From a virus (lineage: Duplodnaviria; Heunggongvirae; Uroviricota; Caudoviricetes): DNA of 32,035 nt. Under the pieces are notes generated by a model. It was not told the DNA's origin. It ran no database searches and was given only the letters and a program-made list of their open reading frames with translations. Both the position numbers and the translations under genes were made by a program. The stretch is from positions 1-32,035 of the IMG/VR virus record IMGVR_UViG_2690316263_000015. One strand, 5' to 3'. Below, piece by piece: positions 27,081 to 32,035 of the stretch (within the stretch, counting starts at the first letter, position 1; the number at the start of each line of letters is the position of its first letter).

Positions 27081-27458
27081 TTATCTCCCTTTCGCTATAT
27101 AGCAAAGATTAAACCCACCGCTACCTGACATACGGGCTGTAAAACCCGTTCTTGAAGTACCAGTTGAGTTAACTCCATAAGCAGGCATGGTTGTTGGAGA
27201 AAGCAGAGACTCCTGGATATCTGCCATTGTCAGTGTAATTGATTCGACCCGCGCGGGGAAAGGTAGCGGGAAAACAACATTCGTCCCTGTCTGTCCAACG
27301 GGGAAACCGAAAATACCCCATTGTGTAATTACCCCATCCGGCCCCTTACTCCATCCAGATTTAGGATTCGGCCAGTCTGCTGCTCCAGAGTGCCCCGTTG
27401 TAAAACTACTCATATCTGGTACTTGCCCGGTATCCGTTCCGACGTTCCTCGTTGCCGC
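27081..27458 (-). CDS. alternative promoterless tail-fibre C-terminal segment (Sv'-like), expressed only after inversion
   Basis: Minus-strand frame is open from the right crossover site to TAA (27081-27083), 4 nt before tfa'; it shares the crossover-encoded GLGE junction with the fibre gene. The N-terminal 'MMPFARY' part of the ORF-track call lies across the recombination site and is probably not coding. Confidence 0.6.
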   Translation of the reverse strand, partial: AATRNVGTDTGQVPDMSSFTTGHSGAADWPNPKSGWSKGPDGVITQWGIFGFPVGQTGTNVVFPLPFPARVESITLTMADIQESLLSPTTMPAYGVNSTGTSRTGFTARMSGSGGFNLCYIAKGR

Positions 27459-27484
27459 TTCTCCCAAACCAACGTTTATGAAAA
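27459..27484. repeat. right recombination site of invertible segment (hix/gix-like, inverted)
   Basis: Its reverse complement TTTTCATAAACG-TT-GGTTTGGGAGAA matches the left site over the GGTTTGGGAGAA half-site and the central TT. Confidence 0.6.
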
Positions 27485-27538
27485 TGCAGAAATAACGAGC
27501 AAATGGCATCATTCCTGCTTTTGTCAGGGGGATCTACC

Positions 27539-27667
27539 ATGCTTATTGGCTATGTACGCGTATCAACAAATGACCAGAACACAGATCTACAACGTAATGC
27601 GCTGAACTGTGCAGGATGCGAGCTGATTTTTGAAAACAAGATAAGCGGTACAAAGTCCGAGACCTAG
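27539..27667 (+). pseudogene. Pin/Gin/Hin-family serine DNA invertase, truncated after about 40 codons
   Basis: MLIGYVRVSTNDQNTDLQRNALNCAGCELIFENKISGT matches the invertase N-terminus nearly residue for residue (catalytic Ser in VRVSTNDQ), then diverges (KSET) and stops at TAG 27665-27667. The remainder of the gene is absent from the window. Confidence 0.8.
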
Positions 27668-27714
27668 GGCTGACATTGCTGTTCTTGATGCAAATTAAAG
27701 TATTTAATAGTGAG

Positions 27715-27742
27715 TAGCGGCCTTACTAAGGTAAGGCCGCTA
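27715..27742. other. perfect 12-bp stem hairpin at the prophage/islet junction (possible bidirectional terminator or recombination scar)
   Basis: TAGCGGCCTTAC-taag-GTAAGGCCGCTA; lies between the invertase remnant and the 3' end of the minus-strand DUF262 gene; no clean T-run on either side. Confidence 0.35.
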
Positions 27743-27762
27743 TAATCATTTTATTAATTGCA

Positions 27763-29712
27763 TTAATCGTGTTTTGGCCATACTTTCAATGCAATTTCCC
27801 CCAACTTTTTACCCCGCTCCAGGATTTCATCCTCATCCCATTTATCCTTAACTATAAGTGGAATGTTCAGTCGTAGATTGGTGTGGACGATGAGAGCATC
27901 ACGTTTTTTCAGAAATACAGCATTCTGAACAGAACGGTTTACGCTAAGGTTAAGCAAAGTTAGATTTCCCAAAGTAGCTATCGCTTGTTGCCGTTTCCTT
28001 ACCAGTAGCTGTTCAGGGGTAAGATCGGTTCCAGACAGAACAATTTGGTTCAATACCGTAGCATCTGAATTTGTCACCATACGACCATTTTCGAGAGGCC
28101 AACAGGAATACCAACTTTGGGGCATAAGATGATCGATATCGAGATTAGAAAGATTTGGAACATCAGGCTTTTCGGTCTTCACTTGGCGACAAAGTTCTCT
28201 TTCAAGTTCCGTTAACATTGAGCGCATTTTCGGTGCGTCGAGCCTGCCAGGATAAAGTGGAGCATTGATGCAAGCGTTGAGAAATTCTGAGTCACCAGGC
28301 CAACGTGAGGCTTCGCCATTTAAGTTATTGAGGATATTACGTAACTCAACACTGGAAATTTCCGTTTTAGCCAAGTGCCGCAATACATTCATAAATACAT
28401 TGTTGTAATTCTTTGGCGTCAGGCCACATACGGCTCTTCGTACTACGTAGGAGACAAGATCATTATACATGACTGCTTTCTCATCATCAGCGATGTTAGC
28501 TATCGAAATGAACAAAGCAAGCGGATAAAGTGTCGTCACATCATAGTCTGCGATGCGATATCCAAAGTGTGAGATGGGGGTTGTGCCAAAACCATCAACC
28601 AATTCTTTATATTGTAATGCATATTGTTTGAGGCGCTTTACTTGCAGATCTGCTCGTTGTGAAGACAAGTCCTTACTTACATAATCACGATACTCATTGT
28701 AAAGACGAGACAGATCAATTTCACGCTGCCTTTCTGATTGCAATGTCGCATGTACTAGCCACTCCATGCGTGGTTTATTAATACGTCCACGGCGTTGTTT
28801 TTCCGACCAGTATTTATCTTCAAAGCTCTTCCACTCATTTTCATATAATTCAATAGCATTAATATTTTCATGCTCTGCGCACATAAAGATATAGTTGCGA
28901 ATAAGATCCGTAGCATGAAGTTCCGCCCCTCGCCCATTTAATGTTTCAAAAATTATTTGGGCATCATCTTCAGCTTCGAGAAATATGCTTACCAGTTTCA
29001 GATCTGTTAAGACAGCCTCAATTAGAGCTACAGCATTTTCTTGTGGTGAGTGGTTTTCTATTTTAATCCATTTTATAAAGGCTTTAGTAAAAAAACATAA
29101 TGCTTCTAGTGATGGCGGGTGATTAAAACGCTTACGCAACGTACCATGCTGCGTGAAACTATCAGAGAATACGTCCCGGAGATCGTCAATCTTTTCAACA
29201 TTAAAACTTTGAATAAAATGAGTTTGATCCCGAAAAGTTGGCCACAGTTTGAAGCGTTCTACTTCTTTATTTCGCATTGTGTCTTCGTTTGAGTTTTTCA
29301 GGCAAGGCGAAATGAGAGCCTCTAAGCTGGAAAGATCCGTAGCACGTAATGCTAATCGGATGGATGCCAGAACATATTGAAGAGTGGTCAATCGTTGCTG
29401 ACCATCAATAATATGTATGGAATCTACACCTAATAATCCTTTTTTTGATTGAGGTTCCAGTACAACCGCACCAAGGAAATGGGGAGTTGGTTTTGTACCC
29501 GAGAGCCGGGATTGTGCTTTCTCTAGGATATCCTCCAGTAGAGCTGACCATTGGTCTTGCTGAGTCCATACATAGGCACGTTGATAGAATGGAACACAGT
29601 ATTGTCGGCGGTCTTGAAAAAGTTGTTGGACAGTTAGCGTCTCGGATTTCATGGTATACCTGTAAGCGACATTGTACAAAAGTGAGGAGTTAATCTGATT
29701 TAGAACAATCAT
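27763..29712 (-). CDS. DUF262-DUF1524 nuclease, GmrSD-like (type IV modification-dependent restriction candidate)
   Basis: 649-aa minus-strand ORF. N-terminal DUF262 motifs (FYQRAYVWTQ, IIDGQQRLTTL, FETLNGRGAELHATDLIRNY) and C-terminal DUF1524 His-Me finger (DIDHLMPQSW, GNLTLLNLSVNRSVQN). Likely true start at internal ATG 29652 (MKSETL). Gene is AT-rich. Confidence 0.8.
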   Translation of the reverse strand: MIVLNQINSSLLYNVAYRYTMKSETLTVQQLFQDRRQYCVPFYQRAYVWTQQDQWSALLEDILEKAQSRLSGTKPTPHFLGAVVLEPQSKKGLLGVDSIHIIDGQQRLTTLQYVLASIRLALRATDLSSLEALISPCLKNSNEDTMRNKEVERFKLWPTFRDQTHFIQSFNVEKIDDLRDVFSDSFTQHGTLRKRFNHPPSLEALCFFTKAFIKWIKIENHSPQENAVALIEAVLTDLKLVSIFLEAEDDAQIIFETLNGRGAELHATDLIRNYIFMCAEHENINAIELYENEWKSFEDKYWSEKQRRGRINKPRMEWLVHATLQSERQREIDLSRLYNEYRDYVSKDLSSQRADLQVKRLKQYALQYKELVDGFGTTPISHFGYRIADYDVTTLYPLALFISIANIADDEKAVMYNDLVSYVVRRAVCGLTPKNYNNVFMNVLRHLAKTEISSVELRNILNNLNGEASRWPGDSEFLNACINAPLYPGRLDAPKMRSMLTELERELCRQVKTEKPDVPNLSNLDIDHLMPQSWYSCWPLENGRMVTNSDATVLNQIVLSGTDLTPEQLLVRKRQQAIATLGNLTLLNLSVNRSVQNAVFLKKRDALIVHTNLRLNIPLIVKDKWDEDEILERGKKLGEIALKVWPKHD

Positions 29713-30495
29713 TTTATTCTGCTATGATACAACGTATTTGTTACCGGTTAAGTAAAAAACGCGTCTGAACGCTGACGTTTTAGGGCTTTACTGGTTATTC
29801 TTTCTTATCTCTTCATCATCCCATCGGCATCCTGTCGAGGTTGTTGACTTGTTGTTATTTATTTTGTCTAGGCGCTGTTTAATTATTATTGATAGAACTG
29901 ATGGTGAGAGGTGATTGAAATTGTAGGCACGTCGTTTGCAAGGACGTGCTACGACTGGCTGGTGAACTTCCGATAGTGCGAGTATTGAATGATTTCCTAC
30001 GTGCTAACTAGTGAACAAACAACTCTTCAGTAGACTCTCAGGTATCATTCAGAGTTTCCTGAACGAAAGTTTTAGCTCAATCTTTATCTGCAGTATGTCT
30101 AACTGAAAAACTATCGTTGCTGGTGGCTTTTACGATCATCTCCACATCGTCATAACGCTTGCCAATGTGTTGGGTTAACTCTTCCTTTAACGCGTCCACA
30201 GCGCCATTTGGCATTTGGTCATTTTGTCTTTGGTTATGGAGATCTCAATACGCATAACACTTCTTTTGTACTGCGTTTGTAGACAGTATTATTCTTATCT
30301 GTGTAAATAAACAGTATCAAGACTTCGTTTTAGCTGCATAAGAAAAAAGAGATGGATACATTCGGAAAGATTTTGATGGTGGTAGGCTAAGTGAATAGCC
30401 TAAAGGTGTTTTACCCCAATTATTCCCCGGTATTTCTCCGCATAAAAAACAATCATAAAAAACCAGCCATAATAGGCTGGTTCTTAAGGGATTTT

Positions 30496-30544
30496 TGGTC
30501 GCACGAGAGGATTTGAACCTCCGACCCCCGACACCCCATGATGG
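30496..30544 (-). other. orphan 3' fragment of a tRNA-Pro gene (about 49 nt, T-arm and acceptor 3' strand with CCA); not a complete tRNA
   Basis: Minus-strand reading CATCATGGGGTGTCGGGGGTCGGAGGTTCAAATCCTCTCGTGCGACCA matches, from recall, the 3' part of enterobacterial tRNA-Pro (proM-like). No matching 5' acceptor strand or D-arm upstream. Confidence 0.6.
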
Positions 30545-31465
30545 TTATGATAGACCGTAGTATTTTTTCAGAGCCGCTGTAGCTGCTTGAGTTGCAGCAG
30601 CTATTCCTATGCCCAAAGTACCATGGGCTGCTTTACTCGCAATATTTGCCAACCATTTACTAACAGATTGACCATATTCACCACGTTTGTTAGCTATCGG
30701 GCCATCTTCACCAATAGCAATTTCTAAATCGTTAACATCAGATTTAGGGAACCCCTGAGCTGAGAGAAACTCTTTTAATGACTCAGTGTCGTTTTTTACG
30801 ACGTGGTTATTCACAGAAAATGAGTTTTCATTTCCGAAGTTTATGACAGTATTGTCTCCAAAAATTGAGTTATGGAATAATGAAGACGTGTCGATATTTT
30901 TAAGTTTTTCTGTCATGTTTTTCTCATCTGGTATTTCAGAAACTTGATCAGAAAGTTCAAGTATAAAATCAAGTAGCCGTGACCTGACCTGAGTTAAGAT
31001 GGAAGTAAAGTTATGTAGTGCGATCTCTTTATAACAGCGTGTTAACTCATAGCCTTTATCGATACCTTTGCAGTACTTAACTAACGCGTAATCTAAAGGA
31101 ATTGGCTGCTGAAGAGCATGGCTATCACCAGCATTGGTTACTAGTTCTTCGATTTGACTGATTGAAAGCCTCACATTACTGGTTGTAGCATCTTCATAGT
31201 CATCTTCACTTAGATAGCCAATCGGTAACGGAAAAGCTCTATATAGGCGAACGCCGTTGTTCAGATCTGCAAGAATTCTTGTGCCAACAATTCTATAATC
31301 TGGAAGGGAAACTGAATCAGGATAACCGTTTATCTCATGATTTACCCATGCAGCAAGCTCCTTTTTCCCGATAGAGAAAAGAAGGATCTTCGTTTTTATG
31401 AGAGCATTTGTTGTGCCTTCATCACCAGTACTTAGTATCTGAATGATTTCTTGCAGTTGGTTCAT
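30545..31465 (-). CDS. abortive-infection-like protein (AbiTii-type N-terminal domain suspected)
   Basis: 306-aa minus-strand ORF. N-terminus (LQEIIQILSTGDEGTTNALIKTKILLFSIGKKELAAWVNHEINGY) resembles AbiTii-domain proteins as I recall them; C-terminus has an Ala/Gly-rich amphipathic tail. AT-rich. Family call unverified. Confidence 0.45.
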   Translation of the reverse strand: MNQLQEIIQILSTGDEGTTNALIKTKILLFSIGKKELAAWVNHEINGYPDSVSLPDYRIVGTRILADLNNGVRLYRAFPLPIGYLSEDDYEDATTSNVRLSISQIEELVTNAGDSHALQQPIPLDYALVKYCKGIDKGYELTRCYKEIALHNFTSILTQVRSRLLDFILELSDQVSEIPDEKNMTEKLKNIDTSSLFHNSIFGDNTVINFGNENSFSVNNHVVKNDTESLKEFLSAQGFPKSDVNDLEIAIGEDGPIANKRGEYGQSVSKWLANIASKAAHGTLGIGIAAATQAATAALKKYYGLS

Positions 31466-31479
31466 ATGTCTTATCCCAT

Positions 31480-31505
31480 AAAAAAAGCCCGCATTAGCGG
31501 GCTTT
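31480..31505 (-). terminator. intrinsic terminator on the minus strand downstream of ssrA
   Basis: Minus-strand GCCCGC-taat-GCGGGC followed by T7; about 130 nt beyond the tmRNA 3' CCA and 14 nt before the Abi-like ATG. Confidence 0.55.
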
Positions 31506-31633
31506 CATGTAACTAAAGAGCCGCGGCTCCTTTGCGTATCCTTTTTTGTCCCCTCACCGTCTGGTCGGTGTCCTGCTGAGACTGCTAACTTCCTGTTTTT
31601 ATTGGTGTTGTCCTTACACCGTCCAATCATGAT

Positions 31634-31996
31634 TGGTGGAGCTGGCGGGAGTTGAACCCGCGTCCGAAATTCCTACATCCTCGGTACTACATGCTTAGTC
31701 AGTCTTTACATTCGCTTGCCAGCTGCGGACGGACACGCCACTAACAAACTAGCCTGATTAAGTTTTAACGCTTCAACCCCAGGCAGGGCTTCCACGCGAT
31801 CTCTTTTGGGTTTGACCTCTCTTGATCCCCGTCCTAAGAGCGGAGGCTAGGGAGAGAGGGCTCTAAGCAGGTTATTAAGCTGCTAAAGCGTAGTTTTCGT
31901 CGTTTGCGACTATTTTTTGCGGCTTTTTACGAGGCCAACCGCCCCTCGGCATGCACCTTGGGTTTCGCAAATCCCGTCGAATCCAGAATCAGCCCC
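31634..31996 (-). ncRNA. ssrA: tmRNA (transfer-messenger RNA, SsrA)
   Basis: Reverse complement reads GGGGCTGATTCTGGATTCGACGGG ... GGACGCGGGTTCAACTCCCGCCAGCTCCACCA, 363 nt, with the tag reading frame GCAAACGACGAAAACTACGCTTTAGCAGCTTAA (ANDENYALAA) at 31875-31907. Confidence 0.95.
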
Positions 31997-32035
31997 AATG
32001 TGTAAAGGTAAGTATACCAGATTTATGAGCGCCAT

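Noticed and set aside
27321-27605. 94-aa plus-strand ORF spanning the right crossover site and the invertase start
   Set aside because: It overlaps the recombination site and the invertase ATG in another frame. The invertase frame has the clear homology, so this ORF is spurious.
30110-30247. 45-codon minus-strand ORF ([45 protein letters not shown]) in the AT-rich intergenic region
   Set aside because: No Shine-Dalgarno sequence, an in-frame stop lies ten codons upstream, and no family was recognised. Kept only as a note since it could be a gene remnant.
30496-30572. A complete tRNA-Pro gene
   Set aside because: Only the 3' part is tRNA-like. The sequence where the 5' acceptor strand and D-arm should be does not pair with the 3' acceptor strand and is part of the Abi-like coding region.
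27600-31640. A direct repeat of the ssrA 3' end (att site duplication) marking an integrated element
   Set aside because: I looked for copies of the tmRNA 3' segment (GGTTCAACTCCCGCCAGCTCCACCA or its complement) elsewhere in the window and saw none. A copy may exist outside the window.
32011-32016. ssrA promoter -10 element (TATACT on the minus strand)
   Set aside because: It is plausible and close to the window edge, but the -35 region is incomplete in the window, so it is not annotated as a feature.
1-32035. CRISPR arrays or other regular direct-repeat arrays
   Set aside because: No spaced direct repeats of CRISPR-like size were seen anywhere. The only structured repeats are the two inverted 26-bp invertase sites and scattered hairpins.

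Overview
Most of the window (about 1-27,667) is the late part of a lambdoid-type prophage, all on the + strand: ninR-like early genes (PerC-like regulator, LexA-type DNA-binding protein, RusA, KilA-N, DUF968), antiterminator Q with a PR'/tR'-like promoter-terminator pair, an AT-rich AraC-family (AppY/EnvY-like) moron, a TerB-family gene, a lysis cassette (two membrane proteins plus an M15-peptidase endolysin), HNH endonuclease, terminase small and large subunits, an HK97-type head module, a Mu-like contractile tail and baseplate module, and an invertible tail-fibre segment. The Pin/Gin/Hin-type invertase that should drive that switch is cut off after about 40 codons. Between the truncated invertase and the tmRNA gene ssrA (minus strand, 31,634-31,996) sits a roughly 4 kb AT-rich islet carrying a DUF262/DUF1524 (GmrSD-like) nuclease gene, an orphan tRNA-Pro 3' fragment and an Abi-like gene. 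This islet is my leading candidate for the system of interest, but both its genes belong to families that are already described, so I did not find anything I can defend as clearly undescribed. Secondary candidates are the Q-to-lysis moron region and a small membrane-protein/lipoprotein pair. No CRISPR array, rRNA, intact tRNA or integrase is present in the window. All calls rest on reading the translated ORFs and the DNA by eye and on recalled family signatures; no database search was run.
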